Shown: positions 14,836 through 26,800, counted from the whole stretch's first letter. The stretch is DNA of 63,690 nucleotides, filler included, from Microthyrium microscopicum (GCA_010405405.1; 14 parts of 4 records of this genome joined end to end with filler, not necessarily neighbours in it); one strand, 5' to 3'. The notes: a model not told the origin generated them from the letters alone. Numbers and translations: made by a program.

Positions 14836-15061
14836 TAATCCTATAGATGTAGGTTTACCATTCCTCTTTAGGATTTCAAATTTAAGACTTACGTGAATTA
14901 AGTAAGCGCCGGTTCGCTTGCCGTGTTGTATTAAATGTGTAGTATTCTAAAGCATTCAATTACTAAAGTGCCTTTCATAGTAGATGATTAGTGAAATAAT
15001 CTCGATTTTCAAAATTTGGAAAGTCCCAAAGAGGAATGGTGAACCTGCATCTGCAGGATTA
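14836..15061. mobile_element. MITE-like element: ~50-bp imperfect inverted repeats flanking a ~130-bp spacer
   Basis: The left arm at 14836-14883 is TAATCCTATAGATGTAGGTTTACCATTCCTCTTTAGGATTTCAAATTT. The reverse complement of 15012-15061 is TAATCCTGCAGATGCAGGTTCACCATTCCTCTTTGGGACTTTCCAAATTT. Confidence 0.7.
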
Positions 15062-15177
15062 GCTACGGTACTAGCGAAAGAGATGTTGTTGCCAAAACCC
15101 GCCTACTAAATCTAAAGGGGTTAGCGTTACCAAGGATCTGCGGAGCCGACTCGGCCCGAGCCTAGTTCTACTTCTCC

Positions 15178-15200
15178 GTATGTATGTATGTATGTATGTA
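15178..15200 (+). repeat. (GTAT)n microsatellite, ~5.75 units
   Basis: GTATGTATGTATGTATGTATGTA seen directly. Confidence 0.9.
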
Positions 15201-15617
15201 GATTTTCAGTCAATTGGTCTCCCTCGTGAGTCATATGTACATAGATGTAAAGGTAGATTCTCGAATACCAGCTGAATATCTACTCTGATAAGCCCCCACA
15301 GTCGGTCCTCATCACAGATAGTACAGGTTGCTTATTAAAAACGTCTATTGCAGGTACGGTACATAAAGTGAAGCTTGAGAAGAACCCTTAATTGGCCGCT
15401 AACTGGCTAACAGCCTACATACAAGGCAGCCAACAGCGGTTACAGCCAACAGCCAACAGCCACATTTTGATGCAGCACTGCAGCAGCCAACAAGCAACAG
15501 CCACCAACTAAAACCATGGTCAGGTCTTTAGCGAGACCAACAACGTACTACCTACTAAGGTACTCTCAAAGAATCACGGCCGCCCAGATCATCTTATTGC
15601 CCACGCTACCAAGCGCC

Positions 15618-15624
15618 TATAAAA
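15618..15624 (+). promoter_or_regulatory. Putative TATA box of the F-box gene
   Basis: TATAAAA lies ~65-70 bp upstream of the ATG at 15687. Confidence 0.45.
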
Positions 15625-15686
15625 GTCAACGCCGGCCCTTTTTGCATTGCTAACCCGACACAAACCCAGCAATCACTACTCGAAGC

Positions 15687-17159
15687 ATGAACGCTTCCAG
15701 ACTCTCTCGCGACCATATTGACTGGTGCGTTGATCCACAAGGAAAATTGAAGTCTCCATTCTATTTCCACGTCTCACGAAGACCCAATAGCGCCTCTACC
15801 AGCCAGACGTTCCCCTTTCTTCTTTTGCCCGATGAAATACAGCTTGAAGTCTATCGACACTGCGACGCCTCTACTCTCTATCAGCTGATGAAGACATGCA
15901 GACACATGAGACCAGAGGCTACCGAATTGTTCTGGGCAGACACGGAAACCTGGTATGTGGGAAACTTCAATGCTTTGTATTGGGCAGGCGGAAGCCCAGG
16001 TCCTTCGTTGCATTGTCCGGACTTCGCTCAACACGTTCAATAGGTCGCCTTTGAGGCGACGACCATAGGTTTGAGCGGCCAGTTTACCGAAAGCCCGGTT
16101 GAGTGGTCCTGGAGCAGCGACGGGCGACCGGAGGTGCCACACAGAGTTTGGCTCTCAAAAGGAGAGGCATTCAATGACTTCTGGAAACATTTGCAACGCA
16201 ATTTCCCATCGGCTAAACGAGTCCTGTTTTATCTGGAACAAAGGGGGTCCCTATTAGTTTGCCTCATGAGACCCTGCGCGGAAACATGTCCCTCCAATAT
16301 CAAAATTCAGGTTGCTACCGTGTTTGACTATCCTTTCCATGGAGGAAATTGTCATCACGCTCCTCATATTGAGTTGGTCGGAAGGGATATACGCCAATTC
16401 AACAATGTCATAGACAAACCGATCCTCTCCATGCAGTAGCGAATGGACCAATGGACTCTCGAGTCACGGCGGCAAGTGAAGCTTCTCATGATGCCATTCA
16501 AGAAGGTCTCTGGTCTAGCCGGGCTGGTTCAAGCAAAGCAGTACTGGGAGCAATGTCTCGAGATTGAGCAAAGTACTATACGCTGGCTTCGATTGCAAAG
16601 CAGGGCGACTCAGCTTTTCCCCGATGGAGAGAAGGACAGTACTTCAGACGGCCAAGCGGTTATGTGCCTGAAACCAGATTGTGAAATAACCCCGCGCAGT
16701 GGAATACACTTTTCCACTGACGACAAGTTCAAATTCATGCTCTACCTTTGGAAGCAATGTCATGATTCAGAAACACTACCTCTCAATCCGATCGACCGAA
16801 CTACGAAACCACCCCAGGAGAATGATGGCGATCTCCTTCTTACCGAGCTGGCGGAGGAGATATCTGCCGCTATGAACGAACGAAAGTCGAATTTTGACGC
16901 CCAAATTAAAGCAGCATTCTGTGCTGGCGATGAGATATTCACTGATAGTCTTGAGAAATTCTGCAACCAGGTCGAGAACGATCCCTTCTGCCAATTTGCC
17001 CAAATACCGCCGACGAGCATCCCTTGGCTCCATTGGGATATGCTCAAATTGATCCCAAAGCCACCTCACCCCCGCAGATGTCCTGTCCTAGACGACATGC
17101 ATCGTTTCTTTCTTGCGGCCAAAGCGGCCAAAGGCAATGCACCAGGTACTCAACTGTGA
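15687..17159 (+). pseudogene. F-box domain protein (~490 codons) disrupted by two in-frame TAG stops
   Basis: Track ORFs 15687-16043, 16071-16439 and 16443-17159 are all in one frame, separated only by TAG at 16041 and 16437. There is an N-terminal F-box-like motif, FPFLLLPDEIQLEVYRHCDASTLYQLMKTCRHMRPEATELFW. Confidence 0.8.
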
Positions 17160-17909
17160 CGATGATTCCATATCGGAAAGCGAGAACTGGGTTATGCTGC
17201 GCACCATACAATGCTTGCGTCTTGTTCACACTCGTCAATATTCGTCACGGGAGCTGGCTTTAAAGGACTTCAGTACAACACGATTGCTCGAGCCGATTAA
17301 GGCCTTCCAATTTCAGCAGAGCCATGGAATCAATTCAAAATGTCTGCTCTTGAAGGCACCATACCTAGTCCAACTGGACTAATTCGTGAAAATTTTTGCC
17401 CATAAAAATGCTTGCACCAACTCTATCTGAAGACGTTCAACCTGCAAAAATCGATCATTCACAAATCTAATGCATGCTAGTAGCCGTCACTTCTAGATTT
17501 ATGGCCTCGCCGACTAACCGGATTATCATACAAGCACTTCATTTGGCTGAATGCTGAAATACATTGGAGGAGGAAGTTTTGAACATTCAGAGTGAGGCCT
17601 ACGGTAGAATCATGCACGATGTAAGAACCTGGTCAGCAATCACCTCAAAAGCTTTCACCTACATTCAACAACATTCTTGATATAGTAAGGAACTCATGGC
17701 TTTAACATCTCGTCACGCCATCAATATGCTTGATTTTTATCGATCTATTGAATGCAACAGATTTCCCTCATCGAATATATTCCAATGTTTTTCCTGTCAC
17801 TAGAGACATGCAATCAATATTTTCCTCACTTTTTGCAACTCGCATCCAAACTCCTGGAGTATACTAGCGTTTTTCACTAAAGGTTTGCTCGTCAACACTG
17901 GCTTTCAGG

Positions 17910-20053
17910 ATGCGGCTCTCTTTACTACCTACACTTTGGGCGTCAGCACTATTGGTACAATCTGGATCTGCCAGTACATCTTTTTCAGGGGTTATCAATG
18001 GCATGCCTGTCAATCCCTACTATCCATTCTGTGCTATGACATGCTTAAGGTCCATATCTAGCTTACTGCTAACATGTTCCTCAATGGATGCTGGTACTGT
18101 TGGAATGATGCAAATGCTTACAACTTCAGCTTGTTGGGCAGAGAATACCCTATATCTTACAACTCTAGCTTAGTGTATGCATGACAAATGTACCTAGGAA
18201 AATATCCCAGCCTCAAAACTTGAATGATTTTGAAAAGCTGAGGCCACTGGCCAATCCAACGTTAGCCAAGGAGGTGTTCTGCCTAACTGGTCCTTCTCTC
18301 AATCTCTTGCAAATATCAGTTCCAATCCCCCAACAACAGTACTTGATCCGAAAGCAATATGGTTAAACTCCACGTCTCTTATTAATCCAACCGTCTATCT
18401 ATCGCAATGGAACGTCTTGACAAGTGTGCAGCGTGAAACGGCACAAGAAAATGTATTTGGGTAAGTTCTTCTGATCCATTCAGTTCAACCAGTATCGCAC
18501 TACTTGTCGTTGAATTTGGGATCCCTATAGCTTTCACTTGGTTTGGATATCTTCCGGTCTTCTCTAGCATTTTCAGAAACCTCAAACCATATCTGGGTTG
18601 GCCAAGTCTTACCGGAACCTACTCTTCGCGCCCACTTCCTTTTTCCATTGGAAACGCACCTACACGCGGTCAATCCCTCTATATTGTTTTGTTCCTCATT
18701 CTCAGCATTGTCTTGACTGCGGTCAGATACCAATCCCGTCAACCGAATGCGTGGTACTCAAAGAAATGGGATGAAATCATGGCTTATGTTATGTACCGAA
18801 CAGGAGCGCTTGCGTACATTTTTGCTCCTCTTATTTGGCTCTTTGCTGGAAGAAACAACATTCTTCTCTGGACAACAAACTGGTCTCATTCAACTTTTCT
18901 CGTACTACATCGATGGGTTGCTCGAATTTTCACTCTCCAGGCAATTGTTCACTCTCTTGTTGCTGTGGTGTTGTATCAACATGAAGGTACATATTCCTCG
19001 GAGGTCACAAAACCATACTGGATTCGGGGTATTGTAGCAACCATCTTGGCCGTCTTTCTTACCTTTGGAAGTGGACTTTTTGTCCGGAAATTCTCATACG
19101 AGTTCTTTTTGATTCAGCATATTATCTTATCCGTCATTATAATCGTTGCCATGTGGTATCACGCCATGGATTTATACGCATTTCTTGGCGGATATCAGGA
19201 TTGGTTAATTGCCATCTCTGCCGTTTGGATGTTTGACCGCCTAGGACGTCTTCTACGAATTACCATGGTTGGTGCACAAAGAGCTATAGTCACATCACTT
19301 GGCGACGAGTATGTTCGCGTTGATATTCCCAACATTCGATGGGGCGCGGAACCTGGCAAGCATGTTTATGTTTATTTTCCTACACTTCACCCACTTCGAC
19401 CATGGGAAAATCATCCTTTTTCCATTTTACAAACAGCGATGGTACAGCCAATGCAACCAAATATCGCTTCGACTACTCACAGTCACAGCTCGGTGGAACG
19501 ATTAGATGACCACCACGACGTGGAGAAGAGTCGCTCGGTGAAGCCGACTACCAAATCACTTGTGCAAAACCGTCGTGAGATGGGTCTCACACTTTACATT
19601 CGCAAGGAGGCTGGCGCAACCAAGAACCTTGCCTCGCATAACAGCCTACTTACACTTATTGAGGGCCCATATCCAAACAATTCTACTCGTGAAGTCCTTC
19701 GAGCTGATCGCTTGCTGCTCATAAGTGGCGGAATTGGCATCACAGGTCTATTGCCCTATGTCAATTATCACTGGAATGTCAAGTTAGCTTGGAGTGTCAG
19801 ACCAGCGGCCCAGGTCTTGGTCACAGATTTGAGCGATGCATTGACTGCAGTCGCAGACAAGGAGATCAGAGTGGGAAGTCGATTCAATGTTCAGCAACTC
19901 TTGCAGCAGGAGATTAGCTCCGGTTGGAAAAGAGTTGGTGTGGTTGTCTGTGGGCCTGCTGGTCTTTGCGACGATGTCAGAGCGGCTGTTTCGGAAGCCG
20001 CTAAGCATAGCAGGACTGAGTTTGAACTTGAAGTGGAGGCTTATGCGTGGTAA
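17910..20053 (+). pseudogene. FRE-family ferric/metal reductase (signal peptide, transmembrane heme domain, FAD- and NADPH-binding domains; ~703 codons; exons 17910-18460 and 18493-20053) with four premature stops in exon 1
   Basis: The signal peptide is MRLSLLPTLWASALLV. Heme histidines are in LHRWVARIFTLQAIVHS and QH..L...WYH. The FAD motif is WENHPFS, followed by IEGPY, the NADPH motif LISGGIGIT, VVVCGPAGLCDDVR and a C-terminal EVEAYAW. In-frame stops are TAG 18171, TAG 18195, TGA 18225 and TGA 18231. The intron GTAAGT..CAG at 18461-18492 restores the frame (FG/IALLVVEFGIP). Confidence 0.88.
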
Positions 20054-20966
20054 AGGGAATATATTTGGGTGTATCAATTCTGCATTGGATCTTTTGTTGG
20101 CTGTAATGTTCCAAACGGCCGCTCAATTGTTGGTGACTCGGTCCTTTGATTTTCATCCATCAAAATTTCCGTCTCATTTAGTCCCAATGGGCCATTGTAT
20201 ATGAATCTTATGTGTGATATCCAGAGAAAACTGTTCTACCAATCTTACTCTAGAGTAGTGTTCTATCTACGTGCACTGGAAGGATGACTTTGACGTTGGC
20301 TTCAGCCAAACAAATTAGTGAGCGTGCAGTTCGATCTGCAATCAAAGGCCGAGAAACAGTGATCTGAACTTCTGCTCAATGAACCCACATGGAGTCAGAT
20401 GAGCCGTGTCCTTCAGCGATGGAAAATTTCAACCTCGGATGTAGTAAGTACCGAAGAGGCACTATGAATTCTCAGTAGCAGTAACGTGTATCAAATCTCA
20501 AGTTATCAACACAGCATTCCGCGCCACTGGCCTGTATCTCTGGGGTCGGAGTGGTTGAGTGGACACGCAGGGCAAGACAGGCCAGGAGGTGGCACAAAGG
20601 GCTTGGATTTAGCTCCTGCTCCACCTCCCGTCGGGTCTAAAGTTTAAAATGTACCAATGCGGGCAAGCACAGGTGGGTGCTGGCGAGTCCGTTATTAGAA
20701 ACTTTAAATGTTACAGTTCTACCACCGAGGTTGATGTATCTATATACAGTATACCAATGCAAGTACAACCATGATCAAGAATCAAGTGCGCCTTGTGCGC
20801 TTATAATAATGGACTTGCTCATTTCAATATGGTATGTGTGAACAGTGTGCTAGTGTAACCTTTTCCCCGCATCTATTTTCACTAAGTCTCCTGCTCTTTT
20901 CCATGTCAATTTACGTATGGAAAAGATCCCGGAGAAAATCTCAGTCGATTAGCGGTCTGGAACTAA

Positions 20967-20972
20967 TATAAA
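20967..20972 (+). promoter_or_regulatory. Putative TATA box of the plus-strand GH43 gene
   Basis: TATAAA lies ~135 bp upstream of the ATG at 21106. Confidence 0.35.
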
Positions 20973-21105
20973 TCCATGAAGCTAGCTCAGTGCTGATGAA
21001 CAATAGAATACTTCATACCACAACTTCAAGTCATTAGATATTGAATGTAACATAGACAAGTCTTGTCAAAAACATCAAATTCGCCCCCGAATTATCAGTG
21101 GCGTA

Positions 21106-22399
21106 ATGTATTTGGCTTCAATCACACTATTGTTCTGCTGGCTATGGCCTCAAATTGGGAGTGCGCAGACGATTATCAATTCGACTTTTATGAATCCGGT
21201 GCTGAATAAAACTGGCGCTGATCCGTATGTCTCGGTCTAACCATGGGGATATTAAGAATTTTGCTAATCATTATCAGATGGGTTATTCAATATAAAGGCT
21301 TCTATTGTAAGTCTCTTTCTACTGAGCAAACCTGTACTAACAACTGTAGACATGACATACACGACTAACGATGATATTACTCTAATAAGAAGCAAGTCCT
21401 TAGTGTTTGTGCTCTCCATCTATCCTATCGTAACGATCTAACTCTTCCAGCGATTGGAACAATGCCGAGTCAAAACTTCTATTCAAGCCGGCTACTAGAC
21501 AACCTTACTCAACGGATCTATGGGCGCCAGAACTACACAAATTTGATGAAAAATGGTACGTTATATTTACTGCGGACCCAGCAGGTGACTCTCCTCCACT
21601 AGAGCTTGAAATGAACTGTGAGTGGAACTGCCCGGCTGTCAATCATCGAATGTTTGTTCTACAAAGTGATGCATCAGATCCATGGACTTCAAACTATACA
21701 TACAAGTCAACCTTGAATACCTTTGACCAATTTGCAATTGACGGCACATACTTTGAGCATAGCTCCGGTTTGTATCATATCTATAGCTGCTGGAAAAATA
21801 AATTCGATGGTTGGCCGGCAAATCTCTGCATCACCAAGAGTAGGTTAAGTTGCTCCAGCAGAAAGCAAGCTTTCTGACTTTTTATAGTGGAAAATCCTTG
21901 GACTGTCAGCTCAACTTTAGAAGAACGACAAATCATCAGTGTACCAACAGAGCCATGGGAGAAGACTCCATACAACCGATCCATCAATGTTCGACTTAAC
22001 TCCAATGAAGGTCCACAACAGCTCATCAACCCCAAGACGAAACAAAACTTCGTCATTTACTCTGCCGCTCGTTCCGACAATCGCAACTACTGCCTCGGTC
22101 AACTCGAACTTGTAGGCAAGGACCCACTGCAACTCTCTTCCTGGGTTAAGAACAATGCCAGTTGTGTTTTTGAACAGAATCCTGAGGAGAGTGCTTACGG
22201 TGTGGGACATGCGAGCTTTGTAAAGTCGCCAGACGGCGCAGAAGACTGGATCGTGTATCATGGCATGAAAGATCCCATAAATGGTTGGAGCGCTAGAACG
22301 ATTCGAGCTCAGAAGTTCGCCTGGAATACCGATGGCACACCAGCTTTCCCCAAACCAGGCTATGGGCCTTATCCATTACCTTCAGGAGAACTTTCTTGA
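21106..22399 (+). CDS. Secreted glycoside hydrolase family 43 (alpha-L-arabinofuranosidase-like); exons 21106-21224, 21278-21306, 21350-21404, 21451-21839, 21888-22399
   Basis: The spliced product has a signal peptide MYLASITLLFCWLWPQIGSA, then NPVLNKTGADPW (general base D), LWAPELH, FAIDGTYF (pKa-modulating D), NEGPQ (general acid E), YGVGHASF and WIVYHG. All four GT..AG introns have CTAAC/CTAAT/CTGAC branch sites, and no stops were found. Confidence 0.9.
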
Positions 22400-22696
22400 T
22401 TATTGCTAAGCTTGGTGATAATTTATAGAAATGAAAGGGTTCGGTTCACAGAGCAGCATAGATCCAGACGTGGATCGGCTTCCAATGGATGCCTTATTTG
22501 CCTCGCATGTGTTGTCCGCTTTAGAATTCGCCATGATAATAATCTTAGAATCGGCCTGGTCTTTTGTAAAGAGCCGGGCACTCGAGGACAACAACATGGA
22601 AATGAAAATGATCACTTGAGGAACATATGAATTTCTAGAGACATAAGTTCAGGACTTTTTGGAATAACGCGAAACTAAAACTGGCAATTCTCATAT

Positions 22697-23817
22697 CTAT
22701 CCGAAACTTGTCCCTTTTTGACTTCTAGTAATAGTTGTTGCGTACATACCACGTCCCCCTTGCGGTAAATTGCCATGAAAAACGACATGCTGATTATCAG
22801 CAGCAGCATCAGCACCACCTGGAGCAATCAAGCCGATTGAGCTGTTTGTGCTGGCCAAATTTCCAATCTTAGTGTAAGACCCAGTGACAGAAGATGCTGA
22901 AGCGAACTTGATGGAGTAGCTGGCCGATAGGTAACAGTTGCTGCTGTAAAGTAGATTGTAAGATCCATCCGACGTAATGTACAAACTCGGCGCCTCAATG
23001 AGTGGGCCATCTTCCGGACCACGGTCGAGTATTTGAATTGCGCTTGACTTTGGCGTGAAACCATCATCTTGGACCGGTACAACCATGATTGGTGTTGGAA
23101 CTTTCTGTGACTCATCTCCTCCATTATTACATTGACCGTCTGCAATTCCTAAGCTGTTGCCGTCGACTTTAAATAGGACAAACAGGCTTCCATTTACATC
23201 TTTGAAGCCTGATGCGTCTATAGCACCACCGCGACCAGGAGATGTGAAGTAAGGCGAAGGGTTAATGCTTCTGCCAGACCCCAAAGGATCAGGGCAAGCA
23301 AGCGGTCGTGCATCTGCTTGGTATGGACCTTCAATTTCTTTGGAAGTAGCAACGCCGACGCAGTGATGACTAGTGCCGGAGACTGTTGCACTGAAGTAGA
23401 GGACGAAAGTGCCATCAGGCTACAACCGTCAGTGATGTTCCACCCAGAGTTTATCTCTGTATAGACTTACGCGTTCGATGATGTCCGGAGCCCAAACCGC
23501 TGGTGTATTCTGGTCAACCCCTATGATAGCATTAGATTCAAGACTCGCGCATGGTACACGATACACCTACAGCTGGGTAATGATCCTAGAGCGTCCTTAT
23601 CTAAAACACTCCAATTGTTCCAATCATCAGAGCGAGCAATCTGTATATGATAAAGGTTGTTCTGGGTAGCAAACGCATACCACACACCATCAACATTGAT
23701 CACGCTCGGGTCCGGGAAATCTTGGCTGATAACAAGATCTGGTGGGCTTTTGACAAGCGAAACGGCAAGTGGCAAGATGTATGAAAGTGCGGCGGAAAGC
23801 CGAAAGAGAGAAATCAT
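22697..23817 (-). CDS. Secreted glycoside hydrolase family 43 (endo-arabinanase-like), 3 exons
   Basis: The signal peptide MISLFRLSAALSYILPLAVS is followed by DFPDPSVI..DGVWYAFAT, VWAPDII, HCVGVATS..IEGPY, GGAIDASGF, GPLIEAPSL, YSSNCY and APGGAD. There are two GT..AG introns (~23521-23570 and ~23420-23470), and the frame is intact. Confidence 0.9.
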
Positions 23818-26800
23818 GTTGTCATTCGAGCATGAAGGCACAATGGAACACGCGGCCTATAAGGGAGTCATAGTCTGCCAGTTGCGCATTCTGTATGTGT
23901 GGAAAGATCCAATATGGCACCAGCCCAAACATCATGAAAGGACTGAAGTCCAAGACATGAGCACAATTTGGGCACCCGCTCGGCTGGCAAACTCGCTATG
24001 AAGCCTGACACCTGGTCGTTGGCCGGCTAACAAAATCATGAAAATCTTTTGCATAAAGGGACACAAAGTGTAACTAGGTAGTCTACAGCCTTTGTTTTTT
24101 GTGATGGCTCTCCAGCTCGGTTACCGCGTAGATTTGAGACCAATGCTATGCTCCCTCAGATGAATCAACTTAGTAGGAGATCGAATCGGAGCCTACCATG
24201 CGACTCGATGGGAACACGGGCAAATAAGGGCGTTTTAAGGGCCGCGACATTCAATTTGACCAGCACTAATTGGTCTTGAGACGCTCAAGTCGCCTCTAAG
24301 AAATATGAAGGACGACGATTTGCAAGGGTGGTCTCTGAAACTCTGAAACCAAAGTGCTTTTCGTGCACTTATTTTTATCTCTGAGGCTGAATCTAGGTTG
24401 ACATGGGTATCTTTAGGACCAAACAGTGCCATAACGACTCTGCAGACTGGCAAAATACAATAGGAAAGGGTACAACCACAAGCATGAACGGGACAATCAG
24501 CTTTCGCTCAGCCGTCACGCGATGTATCGTCCTGGTAAGCATGGTCGTACAACGTGGCTCGTTATTGCTAGGCCCATAGGCTTACTGTGAGTCTGTGAAT
24601 CAAGACAAAACAAAGAGAAAGAAGGAGCGGTTCCAAGGAGGTTCGCGGTAGTTGTTGCACCGAGGTTTACGATCAACCAAAACTCAGAACCCGGAGACCT
24701 TTTGCAGACCAAACTTAGAATGGGATGTCTTTGGGAGTAGCGATCATTTGCTCTTGAAGTCCTAGAGATTATAGAGAGATGAGTTTTTAATGATGGAAGA
24801 AGACCTTCTGATGAAAAGCGTATATATAAAGGTTAGGGGATGTAGGTGCTACTAGTTTAGGCGTGTATTAGCTAAATACCTAATAAGTATAGTTATTAGC
24901 TAGTTTAGCTAGCTTATAGTTTAAGTAATTTAAATAATTTAGGAAAGCTAAAGTAGCTAGCTTAAGAAAATATATTATACTAAAAGAAATAAATTCTAAA
25001 AAATACTTAAACTAGTAATATATTTTATACTCTTTTAGTATATACTAAATTTATATTAGATTATTAAAATTTATATAAAGCTTTAGATATTAACCTTAAT
25101 TCTTATAAATATAGCTTATATATATATAAAAAAGATACTAAATAAAAGTTAAGTTTATTTAACTTAAATATATTATCTTATTAATATATTAACTATATAC
25201 TAATACGTTCTATAACGTAATATAATACTAAGTATAATATAGATAGTATATATATTAAATAAAAAAATACTATACTTATATAAACTTAAGTCTTTTTTTT
25301 AACTTTTTATATTATTAACTTTAATTTTATATCTTCTTTATCTATACTAAGTACTTATTAAACTAGGCCTAAAAATACTCTTTATATATTTTTATAACTC
25401 TTTTTATATTTTTACTATATATACTAATAAGATATTTACTATTACTATATAACTAGAGCTAATTCTACTAGTATTTAAATTCTTTAACTTTACGTAGAGC
25501 TAAGACTTTATTAGCTATATTATTAATAATACTAATTATATTTAGAATAGTTATAATTTATTTAGTAGTAGTACTCTCCTTATATATATTATATATATAT
25601 TTAATTTATATAGGCTTTTATATCTATCTAAACTATACTTAAGTAGCTAGCCTATTAAAAAAAAAGGTACCTAGTATATTAAACTATTTTTATATTCTTT
25701 TTATATATACTAATAATAAATAAAGGAATTATCTACTATAATTATTATTAATTTAAGTAGTATATTAAATACTAAGTATAAAGGCTATATTTATTACGTT
25801 AGTATTACTAATACTAATAAAATATATAGTTCTAGTTTTAGTACTAATAGTCTTATAAGTATACTAAGAAGGTATATTATATATACTACTAACTATTCTA
25901 GTATTATTACTATATATACTAAAAATATTATATCTANNNNNNNNNNNNNNNNNNNNNNNNNNNNNNNNNNNNNNNNNNNNNNNNNNNNNNNNNNNNNNNN
26001 NNNNNNNNNNNNNNNNNNNNNNNNNNNNNNNNNNNNNNNNNNNNNNNNNNNNNNNNNNNNNNNNNNNNNNNNNNNNNNNNNNNNNNNNNNNNNNNNNNNN
26101 NNNNNNNNNNNNNNNNNNNNNNNNNNNNNNNNNNNNNNNNNNNNNNNNNNNNNNNNNNNNNNNNNNNNNNNNNNNNNNNNNNNNNNNNNNNNNNNNNNNN
26201 NNNNNNNNNNNNNNNNNNNNNNNNNNNNNNNNNNNNNNNNNNNNNNNNNNNNNNNNNNNNNNNNNNNNNNNNNNNNNNNNNNNNNNNNNNNNNNNNATAC
26301 TTATAAAATACTATTTCTAACTCTTTATAGCTAAATTAACCCTTTATTTTAGAAGTATTTTAGTTTAGTTTTTTACTATATTATAAGTATATAACGTATA
26401 TATATTATATTCTTACCTAACTATATAGCTTCTCTTCTTATTCCTTCTTAAGTCCTATTTTATTATCTAAAAATCCTACTTATAATATTAAAATTATTCT
26501 TATTCCTATTCTTAATACTAAATTTATTACTTTATCTTCTATTATTAATTCTAGATTTATTCCTCTATCTTTTACTATTAATTCTAGATTTATTACCTTA
26601 TCTATATTTATTAATTCTAGCCTAGTTATTCTAATAAAAAGGCTTTTCTCTATACTTTAACTATATATAAATTACTAGCTTAGTATAGCTAAAAGACTTA
26701 AGAAAGCCCTACTAAAGCTAGTCCTAATTTATTCTATTACCTTTCTCTAAATATAAGCTAATCTTATAAAGAAAGTACTACGTAGATACTAAGAAAATAT

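Noticed and set aside
15687..18233. Stop-codon reassignment or selenocysteine recoding to explain the in-frame TAG/TGA codons
   Set aside because: Neighbouring intact genes end in TGA (22399) and TAG (22697) and use normal Trp/Gln codons. C>T/G>A mutation explains the stops more simply.
15774..24712. Many short antisense or alternative-frame ORFs in the track (e.g. 15774-16142, 16760-17069, 18181-18366, 19784-20204, 21917-22261, 22403-22630, 23657-24001, 24235-24712)
   Set aside because: They overlap well-supported genes in other frames or lie in intergenic DNA, many use non-ATG starts, and none has a recognisable motif.
1..24830. Starship element carrying the gene island (Starships often carry ferric-reductase-like cargo)
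   Set aside because: I could not recognise a DUF3435 tyrosine-recombinase captain or matching direct-repeat boundaries in this window. It cannot be excluded for sequence outside the window or too degraded to read.
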